Positions 10,212-20,777 of a DNA stretch of 64,000 nucleotides are shown here, piece by piece; the stretch's first letter is position 1, and every line of letters starts with the position of its first letter. The notes under the pieces were generated by a model, which was not told the DNA's origin, ran no database searches, and saw only the letters and a list, made by a program, of their open reading frames with translations. The stretch comes from Spirochaetota bacterium (lineage in GTDB: Bacteria; Spirochaetota; UBA4802; UBA5550). The translations under genes were made by a program, and so were the position numbers. The DNA lies in the NCBI GenBank assembly GCA_963664815.2, contig CAXXHB010000003.1, forward strand, positions 2,464,001 through 2,528,000, written 5' to 3'.

Positions 10212-11963
10212 ATGAAATCAATAAAAGTATTTTCTCTGATTTTTATTCTGCTTGGTTTTTATATCAATTCTCAGGCAGATACAGTTATTAAAAATAAACA
10301 ATCGCGGGCAATAGAGAAAATTATTGAGATTCAGGATAATAAAAACGTCTGCAAAGATATTGCAGAAATTGTAAACTACATTGATGATGTATACGGGAAC
10401 CTTTATTCTTCGCTTGAAAACGGAGGGAAAATCACATTATATTTCGGTCCTGCACATGGAAAAGATGATACTGAAAGATGGAGAGGAATCACAACCAACA
10501 GAGTCGGGGTTACAGGTCTTCCTGAAGAACATTACTCCAGGCTCTATGCAAGGAAACTCTACAATTTACTGAAACAAAATCCCTTTATAAATATTGCAGC
10601 AAGCGATGAGTATCTCCAGGTGCTGGAAGGTAAAACCGATTCATATCATTACATGAAATTCAAAGATGTAATGAATAACGCTAAAAATTCAGGCGCTTTT
10701 ATGGTTATGGAAATGCATATGAACAATGTTTCAATTTTCAGTAAAGCAGATGGTCTTGTCAATATGCCGGGTATACATATGGCCAGAGACAGCAGCGGCA
10801 GAAAGCTTCTTATAAATATAACAGGTACCTTTTCAGGTTTTTTAACACTATATAACAAATATGATGCCTGCGGTTTTTCGCGTCAGTATGCATTGAATAT
10901 CCGCGATTCACTTGTATCAAAGGGATACAAAGCAAATGGCTGGGATTATGGCGCTGTGGCAGATGACAGATTTACATATTATCTTAATTTCCCGGTTTCA
11001 GTTATATATGAATGCGGGTTTATCTCTCACCCTGTTGAAGAAAAAAAGCTTATTGATCCCGAATATATGGATGGAATGGTCAAAGCCCAGTATGAAATGC
11101 TTTTAAAAACATTTTATGATCTTTACGGCATAGATATTTCAAAAAAAGAATTCAGGGGCAAACGTAAAGATTTTAAAGATGATATTGAGATTCTCAAACT
11201 TGCAAGGCTTGTGATTTACTTTATCCAGAATGCCAATACAGAGAGTGCTAATCTGGCCGTTAAATTTATGAAAAATCTCTATTACAACTCACATACAAAA
11301 GATTCAGTCAATTATTATGCTTCAATAATAAGTACTATAAATCATGCTGAAAGCTATTACACCAAAGGGATTAAATTTAAAAATAAAAATAAATTCAATA
11401 AAGCCCGGACATGTTTTGTTAACGCAAAAGAATCCTTAAACAGAAATGAAATGTATTCTGCCTACAAGGACAAATATAATACTGCAATTTACGGTAATAA
11501 AAAGAACCGCTCTTCATCAAGTGATACCCCCGGTAATGACCGAATATCCGATAAAAAACCTGGTGAAACAGCAATACAGGTTAAACCATCGTCTATTACC
11601 AAACCTTTTATACTTTCAGTCAGCAACGGGGAAGATCTTAATAATGCCATACTTGAATCACTTGAACCAGATGCAGCAAAGCTTAAGATTATTTCTGATT
11701 CATTAAAAAATTATAAAACAGTTACAAAAATCAGTAAACGCTATTATTCATCTAAAAAACGTAAGTATATTACATCTTCTGAGAATAAATATAGAGATTA
11801 TGAATTTAAATCAGGAATTTTTCTTGTAGAGCTGGACAAAAATATGAAAGTGGTAAAAGCAAGAAAGGTTTCATCGGTATATCTTGATCCTAATAAATAC
11901 CAGAATCAGCAATATCTTAAAAACTCATATTTTACACAAATTGAACAGCAAAAAAATATATAA
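10212..11963 (+). CDS. Divergent N-acetylmuramoyl-L-alanine amidase (Amidase_3-like) with C-terminal extension
   Basis: Signal peptide; FGPAHG, EEHY, EMHMN and IYECGFISH align to the DxGHG/E/SIHxN/ExGFxSN motifs. Confidence 0.65.
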   Translation: MKSIKVFSLIFILLGFYINSQADTVIKNKQSRAIEKIIEIQDNKNVCKDIAEIVNYIDDVYGNLYSSLENGGKITLYFGPAHGKDDTERWRGITTNRVGVTGLPEEHYSRLYARKLYNLLKQNPFINIAASDEYLQVLEGKTDSYHYMKFKDVMNNAKNSGAFMVMEMHMNNVSIFSKADGLVNMPGIHMARDSSGRKLLINITGTFSGFLTLYNKYDACGFSRQYALNIRDSLVSKGYKANGWDYGAVADDRFTYYLNFPVSVIYECGFISHPVEEKKLIDPEYMDGMVKAQYEMLLKTFYDLYGIDISKKEFRGKRKDFKDDIEILKLARLVIYFIQNANTESANLAVKFMKNLYYNSHTKDSVNYYASIISTINHAESYYTKGIKFKNKNKFNKARTCFVNAKESLNRNEMYSAYKDKYNTAIYGNKKNRSSSSDTPGNDRISDKKPGETAIQVKPSSITKPFILSVSNGEDLNNAILESLEPDAAKLKIISDSLKNYKTVTKISKRYYSSKKRKYITSSENKYRDYEFKSGIFLVELDKNMKVVKARKVSSVYLDPNKYQNQQYLKNSYFTQIEQQKNI

Positions 11964-12900
11964 TACAGTTGAATGGCATGGCAAGCCATACAATTTTTTT
12001 GGAGATTATCTTTTTGACCGGTATTTATGCAGAATTCTAAAACTCCCGATAAATGCCGGTTTGTCATGCCCAAACAGAGATGGAACAACAGGGACGACAG
12101 GTTGTGTTTTCTGCTCGGATGATGGATCGGCCTCCCCTACTACGACAGGCATTGATTCGATCCTGCTTCAAATGGAAAATGCCAGGAATTCATTAAGGCG
12201 TTCAGACATATCTACAGAATATATCGCATACTTTCAGGCATTCTCAAACACATATGCACCTCTTCACGTTCTCGAAAAACTATATGACGAAGCTGTTTCC
12301 TTTCCCGGCATTAAAGGACTGATGATAGGCACACGCCCTGACTGTATCAGCAGAGATATACTCTCTCTTATTAAAAAGTATAAAAAAGATAATTTTGAGT
12401 TATGGATTGAACTTGGAATACAGTCCATACATAATCGAAGCCTTGAATTTTTAAAACGCGGGCATACTGCCGAGAAATGCATTGAAACGATCGGTCTTAT
12501 TTCTGAATATGACATTCCGATCTGTGTTCATGTGATTCTGGGAATCCCCGGTGAAACATGGGATGACATGATGAATACAGCAGATAAAATATCATCACTC
12601 CCTGTTAATGGCATTAAAATACATCATATGCATATTATTAAAAACACAGAGCTTGAAATCATATATAACCGTGAACATTTCAACCTGATTTCACTCAGGG
12701 AGTACGTATCAACCGTTTGTGATTTTATTGAAAGACTTCGTCCCGACATAACAATACACAGGCTAATGGGCGACAGAAGTGAAAATTCACTGATTCATCC
12801 CAGATGGAGCGTTCATAAGGGCACTGTTATCAATGCAATAGATGATGAATTCAGGAGAAGATCGACATTTCAGGGTTTTCTTTACGATAGGGAGTTTTAA
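11941..12900 (+). CDS. Radical SAM protein, TIGR01212/YhcC family
   Basis: CPNRDG...GCVFC, YFQAFSNTY, IGTRPDC, ELGIQS. Start uncertain (TTG 11941 chosen). Confidence 0.88.
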   Translation: MNSKKIYNTVEWHGKPYNFFGDYLFDRYLCRILKLPINAGLSCPNRDGTTGTTGCVFCSDDGSASPTTTGIDSILLQMENARNSLRRSDISTEYIAYFQAFSNTYAPLHVLEKLYDEAVSFPGIKGLMIGTRPDCISRDILSLIKKYKKDNFELWIELGIQSIHNRSLEFLKRGHTAEKCIETIGLISEYDIPICVHVILGIPGETWDDMMNTADKISSLPVNGIKIHHMHIIKNTELEIIYNREHFNLISLREYVSTVCDFIERLRPDITIHRLMGDRSENSLIHPRWSVHKGTVINAIDDEFRRRSTFQGFLYDREF

Positions 12901-13956
12901 ATGAAAATTGCTGTTGCAATGAGCGGAGGGATTGATTCATCAGTAACAGCCGTTATGCTGAAAAACGCCGGCCATGATGTTATCGGCATTACTGCAAGAT
13001 TCCTGCCTCGATCCGATATAAATGATGAAGTGTATAAAACAGCCGTTACTGATGCGAAGAAAATTGCCGATCTATATAGCTTTCTCCACTTTGAGTATGA
13101 TTTTTCCGAAGAGTTTCAGAAAACTGTTATTAACTATTTCTGCGAGGAATATCTTGCAGGAAAGACGCCCAATCCATGTATACACTGCAACAGGTACATC
13201 AAGTTTCCGGAAATGATTGCGGCAGCAGATAATCTTGGATGCGATCTTATAGCGACAGGCCACTATGTTATAAAAAAACATTCGGACAACAGATTATATC
13301 TCTCAATGTCACCGGACAATTCAAAAGATCAGTCGTATTTTTTATTCATGCTGACACAGGAACAACTAACAAAATCGGTTTTCCCGCTGGGGAATATGAC
13401 AAAAAATGATATAAGGCTTTTTGCAAAAGACTTAAACCTTCCTGTTAAAGATAAAGCTGACAGCCAGGAGATATGTTTTATCCCGGATAATGATTATATC
13501 CGGTTTATTGAAGATCATACCTGTACAAAACCTGTACCTGGTAATATTATGAATTCAAACGGGCAGATTATAGGTAGACATAACGGGATCTACCGTTATA
13601 CTATCGGGCAGAGGAGAGGAATGGGAATATCCTCACCTGTTCCCCTTTACGTTACATGCATAGATCCTGTTAAAAATCAGATTCTTGCCGGACCGAAAGA
13701 GGAACTATGTATCAGGTATTTTGAGACAAAAAACAGCTTTCACATGAAATATGAAATTGAAAAAGATGTTACACTTATGATAAAATGCAGATCTACACAA
13801 AAACCTGTTGAAGGGTCAGTTTCAAGAAGCGGAGATATATTCAAAGTTACTTTCACAGAACCTCAATCAGGTATCTCACCGGGTCAGGCAGCAGTTTTTT
13901 ATGATATGGAAAACGATATAATCGGAGGCGGGATAATAGATAAGGCATATAATTAA
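12901..13956 (+). CDS. mnmA: tRNA-specific 2-thiouridylase
   Basis: AMSGGIDSS PP-loop, TPNPCIHCN, ATGHY, KDQSYFL, DSQEICF, PGQAAVFY. Confidence 0.95.
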   Translation: MKIAVAMSGGIDSSVTAVMLKNAGHDVIGITARFLPRSDINDEVYKTAVTDAKKIADLYSFLHFEYDFSEEFQKTVINYFCEEYLAGKTPNPCIHCNRYIKFPEMIAAADNLGCDLIATGHYVIKKHSDNRLYLSMSPDNSKDQSYFLFMLTQEQLTKSVFPLGNMTKNDIRLFAKDLNLPVKDKADSQEICFIPDNDYIRFIEDHTCTKPVPGNIMNSNGQIIGRHNGIYRYTIGQRRGMGISSPVPLYVTCIDPVKNQILAGPKEELCIRYFETKNSFHMKYEIEKDVTLMIKCRSTQKPVEGSVSRSGDIFKVTFTEPQSGISPGQAAVFYDMENDIIGGGIIDKAYN

Positions 13957-14912
13957 TCATCCTTGCCCTTATCTTTGTTCATGCCGGAGTGCGGATGATA
14001 CTGTTCATATACCTTCTTTAACCGGGCCTTTGTTGTGTGAGTATATATTTGTGTTGTTGAAAGGCTTTTATGACCCAGCATCTCCTGCACAGCCCTGATA
14101 TCAGCGCCATTATTTAAGAGTTCAGTTGCGAAGCTATGCCTCAAGGTGTGAGGTGACAGTTTATATGAAAGGCCGGCCTCTGCTGCCCGTTTCATTATAA
14201 GATTATACATCCCTTTTACTGAAATCCCTTTGCCAAATTTATTTACAAAAATAAATTCTGATTTAACATTAAACTTAAGATCTCTTTCCCTGAGATACTT
14301 TTTCATTATACTTACAGTTTCATCTGTCAGGAAAAGTATTCTCTCAATGCTTCCTTTACCTGAAACTTTTAACCGGCCGGAATGAAGATCCAGATCAGCA
14401 ATTAAAGAATTTGAAATTTCTGATATTCTTGCGCCGGTTGAATAAAACATTGTTACTGCTGCTTTATCTCTCAGATCAAAAAAATCATTTATCTCAAAAT
14501 CAACAAGTTCTTCATATTCTTTAAAATAAAGAAACTTTGGCAGTCGCTTTTCTTTTTTTGGATAAATCAGTTTCCTTGAGGGATTTACAGATATAAAATT
14601 ATTTCTATGAAGGTAGTTAAAAAATGATTTAATTACGGCAACTTTTCTCTCAATTGATGAACGTTTAAGCTCTCTGTCATAACAGTATTCCAGAAAACTT
14701 CTCAGGTCGCTTATTGTTACTGTCGAAATATCAGGTTCGTTATTGACTATTTTACAGTCGATTTCATAGTATTCTTTTAAATTATCTTCTATATTTCCTG
14801 TAAGAAAATCAGCAACCTGCATAAGATCAGTACGATAATCTCCGGAGGTATTGCTTGAGTAGTTCTTTTCGAAGGTGATGTAATCGAGAAAAGAATCAAT
14901 CAGGTTATACAT
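13953..14912 (-). CDS. xerC: Tyrosine recombinase XerC/XerD family
   Basis: TGARISE, GKGSIER, PHTLRHSFAT, LGH..TTQIY; downstream of topA. Confidence 0.88.
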   Translation of the reverse strand: MYNLIDSFLDYITFEKNYSSNTSGDYRTDLMQVADFLTGNIEDNLKEYYEIDCKIVNNEPDISTVTISDLRSFLEYCYDRELKRSSIERKVAVIKSFFNYLHRNNFISVNPSRKLIYPKKEKRLPKFLYFKEYEELVDFEINDFFDLRDKAAVTMFYSTGARISEISNSLIADLDLHSGRLKVSGKGSIERILFLTDETVSIMKKYLRERDLKFNVKSEFIFVNKFGKGISVKGMYNLIMKRAAEAGLSYKLSPHTLRHSFATELLNNGADIRAVQEMLGHKSLSTTQIYTHTTKARLKKVYEQYHPHSGMNKDKGKDD

Positions 14913-14917
14913 TACTT

Positions 14918-17032
14918 TTATATATCTTCTTCGGAAACTTCCGTTGCAGATACTTCGTCAAGGAGTTCAATTCTGAATCCGCAATCCGGACTGAAACATA
15001 TAAGCTCCTCTCCTCTCCCTTTTATCTTTTTTGTAAATAAAAGTTTTCCGCATTTCGGGCAGTCTTTATCAGATGGGGTATCCCGCGTTATGAAATCACA
15101 TTCAGGATAGTTGCTGCATCCGAAAAACCCTCCACGTTTCCCGCCTGCTCCTCTCTTGACTACATTTCCATCGCACTTCGGACATCCCCCCAGAGGAAGA
15201 GATTTGGCGTTTCTGCACTCAGGGAAGCCGGCGCATGCGAGAAAAAAACCGAACCGTCCCAGCTTTTTCATCATTTTCTTTCCGCATTTTTCACAGACAT
15301 GATCGGTTTCTTCATCAAGGATTCCTTTCATCTCCTCAATGTTTACTTCAGCAAGATCAACTGATTCTTTAAACGGGGTGTAGAATTCACCGAGCATCTT
15401 TATCCAGTCAGTTTCCGAAGCTTCTATCCTGTCCAGTTTCTCCTCCATTCCTGCAGTAAAATCTATCGAAACAAGTGACCCGAAATTTCCAGACATAATA
15501 TCGTTTACGATTTTCCCCAGAAGAGTCGGAACAAGCTGTTTCCCGGATCTGGTTATATAATATCTCCGTGTAAGTGTGTCAATTGTAGGGGCATATGTCG
15601 ATGGCCTTCCTATACCTGACTCTTCCAGAAATTTAACAAGAGATGCATCGTTAAATCTTGGCGGTGGTGTTGTAAAATGCTGTTCCGGTTTAAGAATACT
15701 AACAGGAACTATATCACCCTCCTTCAGTACAGGCAGAGAATTTTTTTCAGATTTACTCAATTTTTCAATTTCCGTAAATCCGGTAAATAAAACCTTGTTC
15801 CCTGTAGCCCTGAAAAGTGCTTTACCGCAGTTCAGGTTTACAGTCAGCGACTCAGTAACTTCCGGTGTCATCTGGCATGCGATAAATCTTCTCCAAATAA
15901 GATCATACAATCTGTACTGATCCCGGGTGAGATCGTCTTTAATTGATTCCGGAGTCTTATTTACATCTGCAGGCCTTATTGCTTCGTGTGCATCCTGCGA
16001 ATTTTTTTTAAGTTTGAATATATTAGGAGTATCAGGAAGGAACTCGGGCTTGTAATTAAGCTTGATATAATCTCTCGCCATTGCAACAGCATTATCAGAA
16101 ATACGGGTTGAATCTGTTCTCATGTAAGTGATAAGACCTGTTGCACCAAAGCCTTTCAGATCTACCCCTTCATACAGCTGTTGCGCTACAATCATTGTTT
16201 TCTTTGAAGTAAAGCCAAGCCTGTTTACAGCATCCTGCTGCAGTTTGCTTGTGATATATGGAGGTTGAGCTTTCCTCCTCCTCTCCTGTGTCTTTATATC
16301 TGTTACAACCAGGTCTTTTCCTGACACCTCAGATAAAACATCATCCATTTCGCTTTTATTTATGATTTTAATCTTATCATTATTATAATGTGTAAGCATC
16401 GCCTCAAATTTTTTACCATGATGGGAACATTCTGCTTCAAGAGTCCAGTATTCCTGGGGTATAAACTGATCTATATCACTCTCCCTGTCACATATAACCT
16501 TCAATGCGGCTGACTGCACACGTCCTGCAGACAAACCTCTCTTTACTTTTTTCCATAAAAGCGGGCTTATAGAGTATCCTACAATTCGATCGAGAAATCT
16601 CCTCGCCTGTTGAGCATTAACCAGATCAATATCGATATCCCTTGGGTGAGCTACCGCTTCTTTAACAGCTGCTTCAGTAATTTCATTAAACTCAATTCTT
16701 TTTATATCGCTGTTTTTCGCCGAAAGAGCGTTCGAAAGATGCCATGCTATTGCTTCACCTTCACGGTCAGGGTCAGTAGCCAGAAGAACATTTTTTACTA
16801 GAGATGCCTGTTTCTTCAGTTCATTAAGTATCTTCGCTTTGCCTCTGATTGTTATATATTCAGGTTTAAATTCGTTTTCTACATCTATAGCCAGGCGGGA
16901 CTTGGGGAGGTCAATTATATGGCCTACTGAGGATGATATTATATATTTATTACCAAGATACTTGTTTATTGTTTTTGCTTTAGATGGTGATTCAACAATA
17001 ACCAGTGTTTCAGGTTTTACTTTCTTTGTCAT
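14918..17032 (-). CDS. topA: DNA topoisomerase I
   Basis: IVESPSK, ATDPDREGE, SAGRVQ, ITYMRTD and C-terminal zinc ribbons. Confidence 0.97.
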   Translation of the reverse strand: MTKKVKPETLVIVESPSKAKTINKYLGNKYIISSSVGHIIDLPKSRLAIDVENEFKPEYITIRGKAKILNELKKQASLVKNVLLATDPDREGEAIAWHLSNALSAKNSDIKRIEFNEITEAAVKEAVAHPRDIDIDLVNAQQARRFLDRIVGYSISPLLWKKVKRGLSAGRVQSAALKVICDRESDIDQFIPQEYWTLEAECSHHGKKFEAMLTHYNNDKIKIINKSEMDDVLSEVSGKDLVVTDIKTQERRRKAQPPYITSKLQQDAVNRLGFTSKKTMIVAQQLYEGVDLKGFGATGLITYMRTDSTRISDNAVAMARDYIKLNYKPEFLPDTPNIFKLKKNSQDAHEAIRPADVNKTPESIKDDLTRDQYRLYDLIWRRFIACQMTPEVTESLTVNLNCGKALFRATGNKVLFTGFTEIEKLSKSEKNSLPVLKEGDIVPVSILKPEQHFTTPPPRFNDASLVKFLEESGIGRPSTYAPTIDTLTRRYYITRSGKQLVPTLLGKIVNDIMSGNFGSLVSIDFTAGMEEKLDRIEASETDWIKMLGEFYTPFKESVDLAEVNIEEMKGILDEETDHVCEKCGKKMMKKLGRFGFFLACAGFPECRNAKSLPLGGCPKCDGNVVKRGAGGKRGGFFGCSNYPECDFITRDTPSDKDCPKCGKLLFTKKIKGRGEELICFSPDCGFRIELLDEVSATEVSEEDI

Positions 17033-17150
17033 TTATGCTTTTCCAATGGATTTATATTTTTAACAAACATTCGCATCTGGAATAATTTGTCAAATAATTC
17101 TTTTATCGGCTTTTTTCGATTTTTTCCGGGAAATGTATATTACTATTACT

Positions 17151-18287
17151 TTACAATCTTCTTATTATAAATCCCTTTCTTTCAATAATTCCCCCTATTT
17201 CCAATTCCACTATCACTTTATTTACTTCATCCGCAGAAAACCTGTTTCTTCTTATAAATTCATCAATTTCAACAGTACTTTTTTCAAGTTCATCAAGTAT
17301 CTTCTTTTCCACTTTTCCAGTAGTTGTTGCCTGTTGCACTGTTTCTTTTTCAGTATTATTTAACATTTCTGTTTTTTTTGTATCAAGTGTAGTCCCCCTG
17401 TATTTCAGATCAGTTTTAAGTGATCCACAACCTGTTTCAAGTCCGGAAAAAAGATCATTCATATCAGAAAAAATATTCGCGCCCTGCTTTATCAGTTCAT
17501 TACAACCACTATATGTATCATCAAATGCATTGCCGGGACATACGAAAAGCTCTCTGTTCTGCTCAATAGCATGTCCGGCAGTGATCAATGCACCGCTTTT
17601 TGAAGGTGCCTGTATTACTATTACTGCCTCAGACAAGCCGCTTATTATCCTGTTTCTCCTTGCAAATGTCCATTTCTGACCAATACCAATCCCCGGGGGA
17701 TATTCAGAAACTGCCGCTGAAGAGGCAGATTCTTCTATTAATCTGTAAATATCAATATTTTTTGCAGGATATATAAAATCAATTCCACCCGGCAAAACTG
17801 CTATAGTTCCTCCGCCGCACATTAAAGCACCGAGGTGTGCATTCCTGTCTATCCCAATAGCCATACCGCTGACAATCGTATAACCCGCTGCTGATGCTTC
17901 AGATGAAATTTTTTTTGCTATTTTTTCTGATTTTTCATCTGAATTTCTTGTTCCCACTATTGAAATTTTTTTACCTTCGCCAATAGTACCTTTCAGGTAT
18001 AATACCAGTGGAGGATTATGTATCTCTTTAAGTAATAAAGGATAATCGTTATCCCATATAGTTACAATTGTTATTTTTTTTCTTATACATTTTTCAATTA
18101 TCAGATCAGATGTTTTATCCGCATCTTCTGAATATTTTACAGCTATTGTTTCCAGTATATTGCTCTTTTTAATATCTATTTTTTCCAGTATATCACACGG
18201 ATGCAGCGATAAAGAATCCCATAATCCAAGCTTCGATGGAGTTGAAAGTATAGAAAGAATTACAGCAGATTTTAATGTATTATCCAT
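17151..18287 (-). CDS. dprA: DNA-processing protein DprA
   Basis: PPLVLY, IVGTR, VSGMAIGID, RRNRIISG, SGALITA and a C-terminal winged helix; dprA-topA synteny. Confidence 0.93.
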   Translation of the reverse strand: MDNTLKSAVILSILSTPSKLGLWDSLSLHPCDILEKIDIKKSNILETIAVKYSEDADKTSDLIIEKCIRKKITIVTIWDNDYPLLLKEIHNPPLVLYLKGTIGEGKKISIVGTRNSDEKSEKIAKKISSEASAAGYTIVSGMAIGIDRNAHLGALMCGGGTIAVLPGGIDFIYPAKNIDIYRLIEESASSAAVSEYPPGIGIGQKWTFARRNRIISGLSEAVIVIQAPSKSGALITAGHAIEQNRELFVCPGNAFDDTYSGCNELIKQGANIFSDMNDLFSGLETGCGSLKTDLKYRGTTLDTKKTEMLNNTEKETVQQATTTGKVEKKILDELEKSTVEIDEFIRRNRFSADEVNKVIVELEIGGIIERKGFIIRRL

Positions 18288-18551
18288 ATGTTACCATTTA
18301 TAATTATTTTATTAAATTTTAATTTATGACTGTCTTGTATTACAACGTTTTATGAATTAAAAATTATAAATAAAATCCGCGGGATTGTAAGTTTTACATG
18401 ATCAATTCGTGAATTACATTTATAAATGAAGCAGGATGTTATACCTCATCACAGCTTATTATATAATGAAAATTTTAACACTGTTTTCTTACAATAAATC
18501 ATGGCATAAATACTGAACCACTATTAAATTAATCTTTTGATTAATATTAAA

Positions 18552-18585
18552 AATAATAAACTCCCCGGACGGGGAGTTTATTATT
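18552..18585 (-). terminator. Terminator of the acyl-CoA dehydrogenase gene
   Basis: AATAATAAACTCCCCG / CGGGGAGTTTATTATT. Confidence 0.7.
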
Positions 18586-18608
18586 AATTGACATTCTGAA
18601 TCAATAAA

Positions 18609-20321
18609 TTATGGGTTTTGTCTGTATGCATCCACCAGTGAATAGACTTCCTCTTTTAATACTTTTTCAAATTCATCTTTCATAGGCATCGGTCTTTTAA
18701 TCATCTTAACAATCTTTTCAAGCTGCACATCAGTATTTATCGGTTTGCCATAAAGTTCAACAGCATAGGCTGAGAAATCTCTTACAAAGAGGTCAAACAT
18801 CTGGTTCATAATTTCGCTGCTGACTCCTTCCATTTTTGCGCTTTCTATAATCAGGTGCCCATAAGCAACCATTGTAAAAAGTTCACCAACCGCAAGAAGG
18901 TAATCAAATTCCATCATCTGCTTTGAAAGATCCGTACCGGAAACTATCAGATACTCTTTATACGCCTGGATCTGCTCTTTGAAAATTTTAACATTCGGCA
19001 GATCAAGGCTATCATACGCTTTATTGAAATCATGAAATTTTGTCTTTGCATAAGCTTTTGTCGGACCCTGGTGAAACATGAAATCATCATTTCTGTTGTC
19101 GGTAATTCTTGATACCTCCTCAAATGCAGCAGGCATAAACATATAACTTGGAATAAGTTTGGCGATAAGCGCCATATTAACATGCCTTGTACCTTCAAGT
19201 TTTGGAAACCCGACAAGCTCTGCAACAGCCTGTTCAAAATACATATCCTTCTCAAAGCCTTTTGCGGCTATAATATCAAACAATTGCTCATGAACTTTTT
19301 CACCCTGAATTGCAACCTTCATTTTCATAATTGGATTAAATAAAAGATACCTTTTGTCATTTTCACCTGCAACTCTCATATAATCTGTTGCTCTTAGACC
19401 AAATAGTTTCATTCCCATTATTCTCAACCATGAATCCATAAAGAGTCTTTTCACATGTGCAAATTCAGTAACACTTTTACCATAAAGATTTCTGTAGAAT
19501 GCATGGTTGATCGCTTCATAAAATGAATGAGTAACTATACCCGTAGCTCCCGATCCAATATTAAACTTGCAGATATTTATTGTATTAAGCATGTCGTCCC
19601 ATGCCTTAGGACCTCTTGTAAGTATATCTGCATCAGTAATCGGATAATCGTGAAGTGCAAATTCAGCAACAAACTGCTGATTGGAATCTACAACATTTTT
19701 AACACATTCATAATTGGGGTGTGCTGAATCAACAACAAAGAATACATATTCATCAGTATCGGCCATCTTTGCAAACACTGTAACTGTACTTGCCACATTG
19801 CCATTTCCTATATAATATTTACTTCCATTAGCAAGGTAAGTACCGTCACCTTTCGGATACAGCTTCATTTCAGACGAATAAATATCAGCACCATGCTCCT
19901 TCTCTGACAGTCCAAAAGCACACAATGCATTAGTTTTCATCTTATGAATTGCCTTATGCTTTGCCTCTTCATTATCTCCAAGTAAAACCGGGTCAAGTCC
20001 CAGTGTTGATACATGATATGTATACCAATATGCAGCGCCATAAAATCCGCATATTTCAGAAAATTCATACATCCTGTAAGTGCTGTAATACTGGTTTGGA
20101 TCTGAACCATATCCCTTCGGCAGAAATAATGTTTCAAATATTCTCTCTTCGGTTACAAACCGCTGAAAGTCTTCACAGAACTCTTTCCTGTGATACTGTT
20201 CTTTCTGTTTTGAAAGACCCTTCTCTTCGAACCATGCAATTGTTTTAAGCATAATCTCTTTTGATCTTTCATCCGGATAATTTCTGTCTTTGTACTTTTT
20301 AGGATTAAGTAATAGACTCAT
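18609..20321 (-). CDS. Acyl-CoA dehydrogenase (FadE4-like)
   Basis: FGLSEKEHGAD, KYYIGN and PKLEGT catalytic Glu region. Confidence 0.92.
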   Translation of the reverse strand: MSLLLNPKKYKDRNYPDERSKEIMLKTIAWFEEKGLSKQKEQYHRKEFCEDFQRFVTEERIFETLFLPKGYGSDPNQYYSTYRMYEFSEICGFYGAAYWYTYHVSTLGLDPVLLGDNEEAKHKAIHKMKTNALCAFGLSEKEHGADIYSSEMKLYPKGDGTYLANGSKYYIGNGNVASTVTVFAKMADTDEYVFFVVDSAHPNYECVKNVVDSNQQFVAEFALHDYPITDADILTRGPKAWDDMLNTINICKFNIGSGATGIVTHSFYEAINHAFYRNLYGKSVTEFAHVKRLFMDSWLRIMGMKLFGLRATDYMRVAGENDKRYLLFNPIMKMKVAIQGEKVHEQLFDIIAAKGFEKDMYFEQAVAELVGFPKLEGTRHVNMALIAKLIPSYMFMPAAFEEVSRITDNRNDDFMFHQGPTKAYAKTKFHDFNKAYDSLDLPNVKIFKEQIQAYKEYLIVSGTDLSKQMMEFDYLLAVGELFTMVAYGHLIIESAKMEGVSSEIMNQMFDLFVRDFSAYAVELYGKPINTDVQLEKIVKMIKRPMPMKDEFEKVLKEEVYSLVDAYRQNP

Positions 20322-20383
20322 AATTTTCTCCTTTTCATTTTAATAAAAATGAATCATCTATTTAACTATTTTTTATTCAATTG

Positions 20384-20501
20384 CAGCAATAATTCCTTAA
20401 CATATGTTTTAGTGTAAAATAAACGATTATATCTCTCAACCGCCTTTGGCGCCGGAGAGATTGAAGTATTTTATGTTATAAAAAATTAAGGAATAATTAT
20501 T
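20384..20501 (-). repeat. Dispersed ~118-bp element, copy 1 (inverted relative to copies 2 and 3)
   Basis: Reverse complement aligns with 35267-35386 (first 33 nt identical) and 45423-45533. Confidence 0.85.
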
Positions 20502-20526
20502 GATTCAACTGGCACATTATATTATA

Positions 20527-20555
20527 AACATTGTTATCAAAATGATAACAATGTT
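20527..20555. promoter_or_regulatory. 13-bp inverted repeat operator candidate
   Basis: AACATTGTTATCA-aaa-TGATAACAATGTT, beside a minus-strand TTGACA upstream of the acyl-CoA dehydrogenase. Confidence 0.5.
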
Positions 20556-20711
20556 CTCTTATGTCAACAGAATTTACTTTTTAATTCGTACATTTCTAAT
20601 AAAAAACACTGATTCATCAATTATATAAATAAGCGGAAAATGCAATTATTGAAATATTGTAATCTGTATTTAAGATACACTGTTACGGAAAAATTAAAAA
20701 TTTATTATACT

Positions 20712-20750
20712 AAAAAAAAGCCGCAGAAGTATTATATCTGCGGCTTTTTT
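20712..20750 (-). terminator. Rho-independent terminator
   Basis: AAAAAAAAGCCGCAGA / TCTGCGGCTTTTTT. Confidence 0.75.
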
Positions 20751-20777
20751 ATCTTTTTTTAAACTTTAAATTCAGAA

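Noticed and set aside
13953-14912. Tyrosine recombinase as a prophage or island integrase
   Set aside because: It has Xer-like length and motifs in the dprA-topA-xer context, with no phage genes or att site; no dif site was recognised.
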